This document shows positions 24,945 to 37,644 of a stretch of 64,000 nucleotides of DNA, piece after piece. A model generated the notes under the pieces. It did no database searches, was not told the origin of the DNA, and was given only the letters and a program-made list of their open reading frames with translations. The position numbers and the translations under genes were made by a program. Numbering within the stretch: the first letter of the stretch is position 1; each line of letters opens with the position of its first letter. Source of the stretch: Heterodontus francisci (Eukaryota); NCBI RefSeq assembly GCF_036365525.1, contig NW_027141175.1, forward strand, positions 2,356,001 to 2,420,000. The letters are read 5' to 3'.

Positions 24945-26122
24945 TTTTTTCATTTGTTAGTGTGATGTAGGCATCACTGGCTATGCTAGCATTTATTGCC
25001 CAATCCAAATTGCCCTTGACAAAGTGGTGGTGAGCTGCCTTCTTGAGCCGCTGCAGTTCTTGAGATGTAGGAACACCAACAGTGCTGTTTGGAAGGGAGT
25101 TCCAGGATTTTTACCCAGCGACAATGAAGGAATGGCGATATCGTTCCAAGTCAGGATGATCTGTGAATTGGAGGGGAATTTGCAAGTGGTAGTGTTCCCT
25201 TGCAACTGCTGCCCTTGTCCTCCTCAGTAGTCGAAGTTCCAGGTTTGGGAGGTACTGTCAAAGGAGCTTTCGTGTGTTGCTGCAGTGCACCTTGTAGATG
25301 GTACGCACTGCTGCCACTGTGCATCAGTGGTGAACGGGGTGATTGTTGAAGGTGGTGCTTGGGGGAAATCAAGCAGGCTACTTGAGTGTTGTTGGAGCTG
25401 CACTCATCCAGGCAAGTGGAGAGTATTCCATCATACTCCTGCATTGTGTCTTGTGAATGGTGGATAGGTTTGGGGAGACAGGAGGTAAGTTACTCACCAC
25501 AGAGTTCCTAGCTTCTGACCTGCTCTTGTGGCCACGGCATTTATGTGGCTGGTCCAGTTCAGTTTATGGTCAATGGTAACCCCCTCCCCCCGACCCCCTG
25601 CCCCCAAATGTTGATGGTGGGGGATTCAGTGATGGTAATGCCACTGAACATCAAGAGGAGATGATTAGATTCTCTCTTGTTTGAGATGGTCATTGCCTGG
25701 CACTTATCTGACGCGAATGTTACTTGCCACTTATCAGCCCAAGCCTGGATGTTGTCCAGGTCTTGCTGCATCTGGGCACGGGCTGCTTCAGTAGCTGAGG
25801 AGTCATGAATGGTGCTGAACATTGCGCAATCATCAGTGAACATCCCCACTTTCGGCCTTGTGATGGAGGGAAGGTCATTGATGAAGCAGCTGAAGATGTT
25901 GGGCCCAGAACACGAGCCTAAGGAATTCCAGCTGCAATGTTCTGAGACTGAGATGATTGACCTGAACAACCACAGCCATCTTCCTTAGTGCTAGGTATGA
26001 CTGCAAACAGCAGAGAGTTTTGCCATGATTCCCATTTACACTAGTTTTGCTAGGGCTCCTTGGTGCCATTAATGGTCAAAGGTTGCCTTGATGTCAAGGG
26101 CAGTCACTCTCACCTCACAATG
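24945..26122 (-). mobile_element. CR1/L2-group LINE 3' portion, distinct family
   Basis: ALDIKATFD, GPNIFSCFINDLPS...MFTDD..., WADKWQVTF; its tail matches the SINE at 44975. Confidence 0.8.
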
Positions 26123-27399
26123 CAATGTTTCTTTAACTCTAAAATAAAAGCAAAATTCTGCAGATTCTGGAAATATGAAATTTAAAATAACAAAAATGCT
26201 CAAAATACTCAACAGTTCGGGCAGCATATGTGGAGAGAGAAACAGAATTAACATTTCAGGTCTGTGTCCTTTTATCTTACAATATGTTTTATATCCTGGT
26301 ATGTAATGGTCAGGTTCATTCAGTTTGCAGTAATGGAATTAATACTGTGTCTTCCACTCTGACTATTTGTGAGATTTGTGGAGTGGTGTTTAACATGGAG
26401 CTCAGTCTGCAGTCTGGGTACATTATTGGGATAAATTCTGTACTTTACAATCAGGTACTGTTTGTCTGTTCCATCTGACATTGAATTTGTAGTACAGGCT
26501 GCTCTCTTGTGTGAGTGACACAGTGCCTTGCAATCTGATAGTGGGTGTGATTTTGGACTGGGATTGATGGATCTACCTGTCAGTGGGACTGAGTTGGGGT
26601 GAAATGGAAACAAGTTCAATCTTTCCTGCTCTGTGTGACTGTTGCATTGACTGTTGGTCTCTGGCACTTGGGATCAGTGCCGGTCTGACGACTTCTGCTG
26701 GCGGTGATTGTGGAACTGATGTCTCTGCTCTCTGTGAGTGAATCTGTACTTACTGTGTGTGAGGAGCTGGCTGCACTTCCTCGTCTGTCGACGAATCACG
26801 ACATTTATTCTGCTTCCATCAAGTATTTGCCTGGAGAAAGGAAATGTATTTATTATAATTCAGGAAGAGGTGTGGTAGAAGATACAAAAGTGACCAAAAC
26901 AATTTTTCAATTAATAATCATTATGAACAATCACAAAGGAAACCCAGCAATACAAACAGAGTCAGTGTCCGATTCCACTGCAGTCCTGCAGCCCCCAGCT
27001 ACTGCATACCAGAGGCTTTGGCCGTTTTACAACAATTAAATGACATCCAGAAACAATCCACTGGGCCATGAATGGGACTGACCGACGGAGCAGGGACTTT
27101 TACACAGGTCAGATTTCCAGTTCCCGTTCCCATGGTCTAACCGTTCAAGTGAAACCAAACAGCCGCTGTTTAAAATGTCCTTCACACTTCTCACCTGGTG
27201 CCTATAATAGATTCTCTTTGTGTAAATCCCCACATCCTGACTGTCCGCATCTGTTTCCACACTTCACTGTCCAATAACAAGAAACTGTGGGATGAGGCTG
27301 GATCGCTCTCTTTGCGCTGGCACGGACATGATGGGCCGAATGGCCTCACTCTGTGCCGGAATTTTTCCACGTTTCTGTTTGCGGAATTGTTGCAGAAAT

Positions 27400-27700
27400 C
27401 TGCGCCTGCGCTCCCCTCCCCCAGCACTGCCTGTGAGCGGAAGAAGATGGTTTAAAACAGCCGCCAATGGAGAGATCCCGGTCCCGGTGGAAGGGAGCAA
27501 ACAGCAGCCTCCTTCCAGCAGCACATCTCTTTGGGAGCGTGTCCGCAGATTGACTCAGAGATCAGCATCGAGTCCGGGGCAAGTTCAGGGGCAGGCGGGG
27601 GCTGTTTGTAAGAGGCGGAGTGGAGCGGGAACTGGTCCCGGAACATGGAGTGAGTGGGGGAAGGGAGAGGCCATTCTCGGGTTGTGTGTGGACAAGGGGA
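27400..27700 (+). promoter_or_regulatory. Repeat 'P', promoter/first-exon-like, ending ACATGGA|GTGAGT
   Basis: CpG-rich, gagcggaagaagatgg, candidate splice donor near 27650; function inferred. Confidence 0.4.
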
Positions 27701-29109
27701 TGGAGACAGAATGGGAAGAACCTGTTACTGCAGTGCTGTCAAACAATGATAATATTTGTATGGCTGGGCTTCCTTTGTGGGCGTTTATAATTATTATGAG
27801 AGATTAAACTCATTAAAATCCTGTATCTTCTACCTCACCAGTATTTGAATTATAAACATTCTTTTGTTCAAACAGGCAAATAATTGAATGAACCAAAATA
27901 AATGTGATGTTTCCTCCACAAAGTTACATGGAAGAGTGTCACCAGCTCCTTCTCACACACAGTCCCTACATTATCACTCACAGAGTGCAGAGACACAGAC
28001 AGGTCATCAGTTCCACAGTCTCAGACAGCAGAAACAGATCCAGAGACACATTTTCAATCCATCAATCAAATGGAGCAGGAGAGACGCACGTTGTTTTCAT
28101 GTCACCCTAACTCAGTATCACTGACAAGTAGATACACAAATCCCAGTCCAAATTCTCACCCACTATCAAATTATCAGTGTGTCAATCCCACAACAGAGCA
28201 ACCTCAGCTACAAATTAAATGCACATAGAACTGACACATGGTTGCTGTTTCAAAGTCACAGAAATAATCTCAATGAAGTGCTCCGAGATTCAAGTTAAAT
28301 ACCAGCCGAATATTTACACGGGTTTTGACTTTATTATCAGTATTAATTCCCATAATGTGTCCAGACATATACATTAGATACAAATCTCAAGTGCATAATC
28401 AGATTGCAGAGGTACAAACTCAGATTCCACTTTAAAACTCATCCGGATTGTGAAACTAAAAGATACAATATAAATTTGATTCGTATAGTTTGAGCTATAA
28501 ATTACATACCAGTCCTAAAACCTCATATAGTGTCAGATGGAAGATACTGTACAATTCCAGACTGAGCTCATTTTACATGCAAGTCCAAGATTCTCACTCA
28601 GAGTTAGACTGAATGGCACTGATCAAATTGATGAGTACAGCCTGAGTTACACTTGCACATCAATCCTGTATCAGATTGCAGGATACATTATATTTCACTA
28701 TTGTGTTCACAGTGACAGATACTATTTAATACTAGGCAAAACCTCAAACAGGATTTATGTATCTATCTGTCTGCTTAAAACCTACCACACAGCCTGTTGC
28801 TGTGCTGAATTTTGATGCAGAATAAATCCAGACTTGCACCAGTCCCAGTGACGGAAGGTTATATAATGAATCCCACACTCTCACAGAGTACCAGACACGA
28901 ACAGATAGAGAGTGATTTTGAAACCCATGCTCGGTGCCAGATGCTGAAAGGTACAGGTTGATTACTGCACCCACTGACAGTACCTCAGCCTGAGTCATCT
29001 AAAGCAACCTAACACACAAATAGTAGCACTGAGAGATTGAGAAAGAGTCCAAAACTCAGAGTAACAGACACTGATAGACACAATCTGAAAACTGCACGCA
29101 CGTGGATAT

Positions 29110-30170
29110 AGTATTGGCTAACTCACAAGAAACAGAGTGGGGATAATTGGGGAATTTTCAAATTGGCAAACTGTAACTAATGGAGTGCCACAGAGATCAG
29201 TGCTGGTGCCTCAATCTTTATGGTCTTTATTAATAACTTGCATGAAGGGACCGAGTGTAAATCCATTTTTATGGATGGTACAACGATAGTGAGGAAAGCA
29301 AGTTGTGAGAAGGACACAAAGTGTCTGCAAAGAGATATAGCTAGGTTAAATCAGTGGGCAAAAGTTTGGCAGATGGAGTATAATATGGGAAAATGTAAGA
29401 TTGTCTACTTTGGCAGGAAGAATAGAAAAACAGAATATTACCAAGGAATCTGTGTGTCCAGGTACATGAATTACAAAAAAGTTAGCATGCAGCTTTAGCA
29501 AGTAATTAGGAAGGCAACTGGAATGTTGGCATTTTTAGAGAGGGGAATGGAGTTTAAAAGTAGGGAAGATTTGCCGTAACTGTACAGGGCATTAGTGACA
29601 TCCCAACTAAAGTACTCCACACAGTTGTGGTCTCCTTACTTAAGGAGGGCTATACTTGCATTGGAATCAGTTCAGAGAAGGTTCACTCGGCTGATACTTG
29701 GGAAGTTGGATTGTCTTATGAGAAAAAGTTGAGCAGGTTGGGCCTATACTCACTGGAGTTTAGAAGATTGAGAGGTGATCTTATTGAAACCTAGAAGATT
29801 CTCAGTGGGCTGGACAGGTAGATGCTGAGAGGATGTTTCTCCTTGTGGGGGAATGTAGAATTAGGGGCCACAGTTTCAAGATAAGTGGCCTCCCATTCAA
29901 GAAGGAGATGAGGAGGAATTTCTTCGCTCAGAGGGTTGTTCATCTTTGGAATTCTGTTCTCCAGAGGACTGTGGAGGCTGGGTCATTGAATATATTCAAG
30001 GCTGTGATAGACAGATTTTTGATCTACAAGGGAGTCAATGGTCATGGGCGCAGGCAGGAAAGTGGGGTTAAGGCCACAATCAGAACAACCCCGATCTTAC
30101 TGAATGGCGGAGCAGGCTCGATGGGCCAAATGGCCATCTCCTGCTCCTATTTTGTATCTTTTTATCTTCT
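29110..30170 (+). mobile_element. CR1 LINE 3' part
   Basis: WAKVWQMEYNMGKCK, RRNFFAQRVVHLWNS; paralog of 1-730. Confidence 0.88.
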
Positions 30171-30199
30171 TACACACACACACACACACACACACTCAA

Positions 30200-31275
30200 C
30201 CAGTGTGTGGCAGTGGATCTCGAATTAATCCCACTTTCGTACAAAATACCAGAGACTGAAAGGTACAGAATAAATCCCACAGATACATACAGTATGACTG
30301 ACAGGTACAGAATGAATCCCATGCTCACACACAGCACCACGGATTGAAAGATACATGTGATTCCCACCCTCACAGAACAATATCAGACTGAGTTACAGAA
30401 TGATTTCCACATTCACATCGAGCACCACTGACTGCTAATTAATTCATCCCACAATCACACACACTACCAGAGGCCGACAGATACAGAATGTATTGCACAC
30501 TTTCACAAAGTACCAGTGAGTGACAGGTACAGAACGAATCCCACATTCACAAACTGTACCTGAGAATGGCAGATCCAGTACCAATGACCAATTCAGAATG
30601 AACTCCAAATTTACACATGACACTAGAGATGGAGAGAATTAATTCCACATTCACACTCTGCGAGAGACTGATAGTTACAAAATGGATCCAGAACATGCAG
30701 ACAGTGCCAGAGACTGACAGTGACAGAATGAAGTAAACACTCACATACAGTACCAGAAATGACAGAAATGGAATTGATACCACACATAAATGTGATACCA
30801 GAGATGGAGCATAAAGAATGAATCACACACACACACAACAAGAACAGAGATAGAGTTATACAGAATGAATCACACACACACACAACAAGAACAGAGATAG
30901 AGTTATACAGAATGAATCACACACACACAACAAGAACAGAGATAGAGTTATACAGAATGAATCTCACACACACACAACAAGAACAGAGATAGAGTTATAC
31001 AGAATGAATCTCACGCTCATGTACAGGACAACAGATTTACAAGTAAACAATCACCCTCAAACACACATACATTACCAAGGGTCAGTTCAGAATGGCTACA
31101 AAACTCAAATAATGTTGAAAGATGCAGATGAATACAAAACTCACACACAAGATACTAATAGATACAGCCTGAAAACTGCACTCAAACACAGTACAAGGGA
31201 CCGACAGATACTGAATGAATCCCACACTCATATTCAATACCAGAGACTGACAGATGCAGAATGGATGTCACACTA
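30200..31275 (+). repeat. ~41-bp satellite array containing a homogeneous 45-47 bp x4 expansion (30815-31014)
   Basis: agaatgaatcacacacacacacaacaagaacagagatagagttatac repeated four times. Confidence 0.85.
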
Positions 31276-31276
31276 A

Positions 31277-33302
31277 ACTTCTTCTTCGGAACTCCCTCGG
31301 GAATGAGGATGACTTTCTTCCACTCCAGGGTTGTGGTTCCTTAGGCAAGTGAATAGTCCAATTCTTGATCCACACACTCGGCCACAGGTGGGGCAGATGG
31401 TGCTTGGTGAAGTGGGTGAATGGGATTCTCCAATTTCCAAATACTCCTTCCACTGTTTGCATTTGGTTGCTTCCTGGGCATGTCGACGAATTTCAAACTG
31501 GCTGGCACCTTCGCGGATGCTTCTTCTCCATTTTGGGTGGTCTCAGGCAAGAGATGCCCATGAATCAGTGCAGATGTCAGGGCTTTTCAGGATGTCTTGA
31601 AGGAAATTCTTGTAATGTTTCCTCTGCCCTCCTGGTAGCTTCTTGCCCTGATGGAGTTCAGAGTAGAAAGCTTGTTTTGGGACTCTGGCGTCAGGCATGG
31701 GGATGATGTGGCCCGTCCAACATAACTGACTAGCCATGACCAGTGTCTCGATACTGGGGATGTTGGCCTGAGAGAGGACACTGATATTGCAGCGCCTGTC
31801 CTGCAACTGAATTTGCAGGATCTTGCGGAATCACCACCGGTGATATCTCTCCAGGACTTTGAGATGTCTGCTGTACAGTATCCATGTTTCTGACACATAC
31901 AGGAGGGCAGGTAACACTGCAGCCATGTCAACCATGAGCTTGGTGTCTGATTTGAGTTCTTTGTCATCAAACATTCTTTTCCACAGATGACTGAAGGCTA
32001 CGCTGACACACTAGACGTGATGCTGAGTGTCATTGTCGATATCTGTCCTTGGTGACAGGAGGTTCCCAAGGTATGAGCAGTGATCCACATTGCCCAGTGG
32101 TTCGCCGTGGATCTTGATAGTCGAGGGGCAGTGTCGGGGAGCAGGCTGGTAGAGGACCTTTGTCTTCTGGATGTTTTGCTTAAGGCCAATTATTTCATGC
32201 ACCTCCGTGAATGCATTGATCTGGGTTTGACGCTTGGCCTCTGAGTGTGCACATACGCAGGCGTCGTCAGCATACTGCAGCTTGATGACATATGTTAAAT
32301 AGTTTCCCACTCGTCCTGTAGAGTAGATCTACACATGCGACCTAAAGAACAGCTGATGGGCTGAAAGAACACTGGAACTACAAAAACTTGCTGACAGCCA
32401 CGACATGTGAGGATTCTTCAGCACAGTCAAGACCATTCACGGCCCACGTACCCAAGGACCTACCCCACTGAGAGCAAAAGAATGGAGTGACACTGATCAA
32501 GGACAGATAGGCATTCTGCACTCGTTGCAAGGAGCACTTTGAAGATCTCCTCAATCGTGACTCAGTCCTTGATGCGAGTGCCCTTGACCGCATTCCACAG
32601 CATGCTACCCACCGTGCTGTCAGCACAATCCCAGGCTGACAGAGATTGAAAAGGCCATCTGACAGCTAAAAAACAATAAGGCCGCTGGCATAGATGGAAT
32701 TCCCATCAAAATTCTAAAATCTGGCAGAGAAGCACTCTTGACACAAATACATGGTCTCATTTCCCTCATTTGGAAGGAGGAGAGCATGACAGGGGATCTC
32801 CGAGACACTGTAATAGTGATCATCTTTAAAGAAGGTGACAAGACTGACTGTGGTAACTACAGAAGGGTATCCCTGCTGTCCGCCACAGGGAAGGCCATCA
32901 CAAGAGTCCTTCTCAACTGCCTCTTCCCCGTGGCTGAAGAGCTCCTGCTGGAATCACAATGTGGATTCTGTCCATCAAGTAGCACAATGGACATGATCTT
33001 CACAGCAAAACAAGTCCAAGAAAATGTAGGGAGCAGCAGCAACCTTTCTACCTGGTCTTCTCTGACCTGACAAAGGCCTTCGACTCTACCAACCAGGAGG
33101 GATTATGGAACGTCCTCAAATTTGGCTGCCCAGAGAAATTCATCATCATCCTCTGACGACTGCATGATGACATGCAAGCCGTAATCCTTCCCAACGGACC
33201 TACCACTGACCCAATCCCAATGCAAACTGGGGTCGAGCAAGGCTGTGTCATCGCACCAATGCTCGTTTCCATCATCCTTGCCACAACACTCCACCTCATC
33301 TC
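31277..33302. mobile_element. RTE-clade LINE with 5' inversion: 3' part on minus (31277-32332), upstream part on plus (32335-33302)
   Basis: Minus: LQYADDACVCAHSE, QLCWTGHIIPMPDARVPKQAFYSEL, (GAA)n tail at 31277; plus: NYRRVSLLSATGK, TGVEQGCVIAP. Confidence 0.85.
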
Positions 33303-33304
33303 CT

Positions 33305-33470
33305 CATACTCACAGTACCAGAGACTGACAGATACAGAATGGATGTCACACTCACAGTACCACAGACTGACAGATACAGAATGGATGTCACACTCACAGT
33401 ACCAGAGACTGACAGATACAGAATGGATGTCACACTCACAGTACCGGAGTCTGATAGATACAGAATGAAT
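33305..33470 (+). repeat. 41-bp tandem repeat x4 (satellite unit)
   Basis: ctcacagtaccagagactgacagatacagaatggatgtcaca repeated. Confidence 0.92.
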
Positions 33471-33489
33471 CCACACAGCACCGGAGACT

Positions 33490-34713
33490 TCTTTTCTTCT
33501 TCTTTGGCCTCCTTGTCTCGAGAGACAATGGGTAAGCGCCTGGAGCTTGTCAGTGGTTTGTGAAGCAGCGCCTGGAATGGCTATAAAGGCAAATTCTAGA
33601 GTGACAGACTCTTCCACAGGTGCTGCAGATAAAATTGGTTGTTGGGGCTGTTACACAGTTGGCTCTCCCCTTGAGCTTCTGTCTTTTTTCCTGCCAACTG
33701 CTAAGTTTCTTCGACTCACCACACTTTAGCTCCGCATTTATGGCTGTCCGCCAGCTCTGGCGATCACTGGCAACTGACTCCCACGACTTGTGATCAATGT
33801 CACAGGACTTCATGTCGTGTTTGCAAACGACTTTAAAGTGGAGACATGGATGGTCGGTGGTTCTGATACCAGTGACGAGGTTGCTGTACAATGTGTCCTT
33901 GGGGATCCTGCCATCTTCCATGCGGCTCACATGGCCAAGCCATCTCAAGCGCCGCTGGCTCCGTAGGGTGTATATGCTGGGGATGTTGACCACCTCAATG
34001 ACTTCTGTGTTGGAGATACGGTCCTGCCACCTGATGCCAAGGATTCTCCAGAGGCAGCAAAGATGGAATGTATTGAGACATCGCTATTGGCTGACATACA
34101 TTGTCCAGGCCTCGCTGCCGTAGAGCAAAGTACTGAGGACGCAGGCTTGATATACTTGGACTTTTGTGTTCCGTGTCAGTGTGCCATTTCCCCACACTCA
34201 CTTGGCCAGTCTGGACATAGCAGTGTTCTCGCATCTACATTGTTTGGGATCTTCTTCTCCCTGCTGCTCTAACATGCGTTCAAGTCTTCAGAAGAAGGAA
34301 TTTTCCTCCAAGATCAGATGGCAGTTTGTTCAACCTTGCCCGTCTAAGAGCGAAGACCAAAGTACAGAAAGTCCGCATCAGGGAACTCCTCTTTGCTGAC
34401 GATGCTGCATTAACATCCCACACTGAAGAGTGTCTGCAGAGACTCATTGACAGCATTGCGGCTGCCTGCAACGAATTTGGCCAAACCATCAGCCTCAAGA
34501 AAACGAACATCATGGGACAGGACATTATAAATACTCCATCCATCAATATGGGCGAACACGCTCTGGAAGTGGTTCAAGAGTTCACCTATCCAGGCTCAAC
34601 TATCACCAGTAACCTGTCTCCCGATGCAGAAGTCAACAAGCACATGGGAAAGGCTTCCACTGCTATGTCCAGACTGGCCAAGAGAGTGTGGGAAAATGGC
34701 GCACTGACACGGA
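33490..34713. mobile_element. Second RTE-clade family with 5' inversion and 10-bp TSD
   Basis: Minus 33490-34225: RLRWLGHVSRMEDGRIPKD, CSTCGRVCHSRI, GAA tail; plus 34226-34713: RELLFADDAAL; TSD accggagact (33480-33489)/accagagact (34714-34723). Confidence 0.88.
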
Positions 34714-35177
34714 ACCAGAGACTGAGAGTTGCCAAATTACATAAAACACTGAAACACAGTAGCAGAAAGTAAAAATAAACGGAATTAATTGCAAACTCAC
34801 ATGCAATAGCAGAGACACAACGACACAGAATCAGTCAAAAAGTGTCCTCCCAACAACAGCCAGGACATTTCCAGGGAGCTTCACACATGGAGCGACTGTT
34901 TTACTAGAAACTGGGGCTGGAGAGAGTCTTTGTGAAATATGCTTCCTGATTGCAGGAAGGGTGTTTGTGATTGGTTGCAAATATTTATTCTGATTGGATG
35001 GCGGAAGACACCAATTAGAGAATTACAATATTAAACCGTTTTGACATCACTCCCAATCACCCAATCACAATCTTTACTTTCCCCCATCCCTCATTAGCAT
35101 AGAGCTGTGGGATTGTCTATTTAATCCGCACTCGGAAGGGGTTTGGTTTATTTCTGTGACTGCAATTGGACCTGAAG

Positions 35178-35555
35178 ATGGTTGAGGAGAAGAAGAAAGC
35201 AGCTGCTAAGAAGGGCGCCAAGAAAACTGTGAGTAAACCATCAGCAAAGGGCGGTAAGAGGCGGAGAAAGTCGAGGAAGGAGAGTTACTCCATCTACATC
35301 TACAAAGTGATGAAGCAGGTTCACCCCGACACCGGCATCTCCTCCAAGGCCATGAACATCATGAACTCGTTTGTGAACGATATTTTCGAGCGCATCGCGG
35401 GTGAGGCTTCCCGCCTGGCCCATTACAACAAGCGCAGCACTATCAGCTCCCGGGAGATCCAGACCGCCGTGCGCCTGCTGCTGCCCGGGGAGCTGGCCAA
35501 GCACGCCGTGTCGGAAGGGACAAAGGCGGTGACCAAGTACACCAGCTCCAAGTAA
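35178..35555 (+). CDS. H2B: Histone H2B, 125 aa
   Basis: Intact [19 protein letters not shown]...YTSSK, with promoter and stem-loop. Confidence 0.97.
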   Translation: MVEEKKKAAAKKGAKKTVSKPSAKGGKRRRKSRKESYSIYIYKVMKQVHPDTGISSKAMNIMNSFVNDIFERIAGEASRLAHYNKRSTISSREIQTAVRLLLPGELAKHAVSEGTKAVTKYTSSK

Positions 35556-35592
35556 AACTGCACAATGGACTGAAAAACATCCCAAACACAAC

Positions 35593-35632
35593 GGCTCTTT
35601 TAAGAGCCACCCACAATCTCTCTGAAAAAGCT
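35593..35632 (+). terminator. Histone stem-loop (35593-35608) plus HDE
   Basis: GGCTCTTTTAAGAGCC ACCCA ... gaaaaagct. Confidence 0.95.
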
Positions 35633-36325
35633 ACATCATCATCTCTATGGTATCGATTTGTTTTTAAGAGTCTGGAACTTTCTAATTGCCTTTGTGATCT
35701 CTGTTTTAACCCCATGGATTCTGGGTGATTCACTTTCACTGTTGGGATCTTTGTGTCTCTACTTAATGCCGTGTAAATTAATTACTGATCACTGACCCCA
35801 TGTTTGCTTTGATCTCGGACGCGCGTTCATTTTCGCGACTGTATTATTTCGTCAATAAAAGCTGACATCAGTTCTGTCACTTGTTTCCCTTGTTCAAGCT
35901 CGGCCTCAATAATTAATAAGTACATTTTCTAGAAACCCCGCTGTTGTAGGAAACCTCAGTCTCACATTTCAACTCCTGACAGTAAAACACTTTGTCTCCG
36001 ACAAATAAGTTCAATCTGGAATCAGTGATGCGGTATTTTGACAAAGATTGACCTGAAATGTGTCCGCTTCCAGAATGCTGTGAATGAGACTTTCTGCCGC
36101 CGCTTACAGACTGTTTCAAAAAGGACGGAGAATAGTCCGAGAGCAAAGCGTACATGGGGTCAGTGATCAGTAATTAATTTACGCCGCATTATTAAATAGA
36201 GACACAAAGATCAAACTGAATCACCCAGAATCCATGGGGTTAAAAGAGATCAGAAAGGCAATTAGAAAGTTCCAGACTCTTCGTATAAAAAACAAAACAA
36301 ATCAAAACCAGAGAGATGATGATGT

Positions 36326-36365
36326 AGTTTTTTCAGAGAGATTGTGGGTGGCTCTTAAAAGAGCC
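36326..36365 (-). terminator. Histone stem-loop (36350-36365) plus HDE
   Basis: Reverse complement GGCTCTTTTAAGAGCC ACCCA. Confidence 0.93.
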
Positions 36366-36402
36366 GTTGTGTTTGATCTGTTTTTCAGTCCATTGTGCAG
36401 TT

Positions 36403-36780
36403 TTACTTGGAGCTGGTGTACTTAGTCACCGCCTTTGTCCCTTCCGACACGGCGTGCTTGGCCAGCTCCCCGGGCAGCAGCAGGCGCACGGCGGTCTGGA
36501 TCTCCCGGGAGCTGATGGTTCTGCGCTTGTTGTAATATGCCAGGCGGGAAGCCTCACCCGCGATGCGCCCGAAAATATCGTTCACAAACGAGTTCATGAT
36601 GCTCATGGCCTTGGAAGAGATGCCGGTGTCGGGGTGAACCTGCTTCATCACTTTGTAGATGTAGATGGAGTAACTCTCCTTCCTCGACTTTCTCCGCCTT
36701 TTGCCTCCCTTTGCTGACGGTTTACTCACAGTTTTCTTGGCGCCCCTCTTAGCAACTGCTTTCTTCTTCTCCTCAACCAT
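36403..36780 (-). CDS. H2B: Histone H2B, 125 aa, with core substitutions (E71G, H82Y, S87R in human numbering); possibly decaying
   Basis: Intact ORF ...[24 protein letters not shown]...; promoter at 36830-37000. Confidence 0.9.
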   Translation of the reverse strand: MVEEKKKAVAKRGAKKTVSKPSAKGGKRRRKSRKESYSIYIYKVMKQVHPDTGISSKAMSIMNSFVNDIFGRIAGEASRLAYYNKRRTISSREIQTAVRLLLPGELAKHAVSEGTKAVTKYTSSK

Positions 36781-37260
36781 CTTCAGATTCAATTTCAGAC
36801 ACAGAAATAAACCAGACCCCTTCCGAGTGCGGATTAAATAGACAATCCCACAGCTCTATGCTAATGAGGGATGGGGAAAAGGAAAGATTGTGATTGGGTG
36901 ATTGGGAGTGATGTCACAATGGGTTTATATTGTAATACTATAATTTGGTGTCCTTCACCATCCAATCACATTCAAACTTTGCAGCCAATCACAAACATTC
37001 GGACTGCAATCAGGAAGTATGTTTCACAAAGACACTCCCCAGCTCCAGTTTATATTGAAAGTGGCGATCCCTGTGTCAAGCTCTCAACATGTTCTGCATG
37101 TTGTTGGGAGGACACTTATTGATGATTCTGTGTCGTTGTGTCTCTGCTATTGCATGTGAGTCTGCATTTAATTCCATTTCTTTTATTCTCTGCTCCTGTG
37201 TTTGAGTGTGTTCTGTTATTCGGCAGCTCTCAGTCTCTGGTGCTGTATGGATTCATTACG

Positions 37261-37559
37261 TATTTATTTATTTCGAGATATAGCACTGAAACAGGCCCTT
37301 CCGCCCACCGAGTCTGTGCCGACTAACAACCACCCATTTATACTAACCCTGCAGTAATCCCAACCTACACGAGGGGCAATTTACAATGACCAATTTACCG
37401 ATCAGCCTGCAAGTCTTTGGCGGTGGGAGGAAACCGGAGCACCCGGCGAAAACCCACGCGGTCACAGGGAGAACTTGCAAACTCTGCACAGGCAGTACCC
37501 AGAATCAAACCCGGGTCCCTGGAGCTGTGAGGCTGCAGTGCTAACCACTGCACCACTGT
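37261..37559 (-). mobile_element. HE1-like V-SINE
   Basis: tRNA head cagtggtgcagtggttagcac, V-domain and (taaa)n tail on minus strand; absent from left arm. Confidence 0.88.
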
Positions 37560-37644
37560 ATCTGTCAGACTCTGGTACTGTGTTTGAGTATGACATCCAT
37601 TCTGTATCTGTCAGTCTCTGTTGCTGTGTTTGAGTGTGAGGAGT

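Larger units (their letters stand above)
26683..35820 (+). repeat. Left arm of large imperfect inverted repeat (right arm 36135-43342)
   Basis: 27447 aagatggtttaaaacagccgccaatggagagatcccggtccc is the reverse complement of ~42543-42585; inner ends 35785-35820 vs 36135-36170. Confidence 0.92.

Noticed and set aside
27292-27807. 171-aa ORF across repeat P
   Set aside because: GC-rich frame, not preserved at the same length in the mirror copy or the 14.8 kb copy; no recognisable domain.
30815-33470. Regular 41-47 bp repeats resembling a CRISPR array
   Set aside because: No unique spacers, no cas genes, eukaryotic context; simple tandem satellite.
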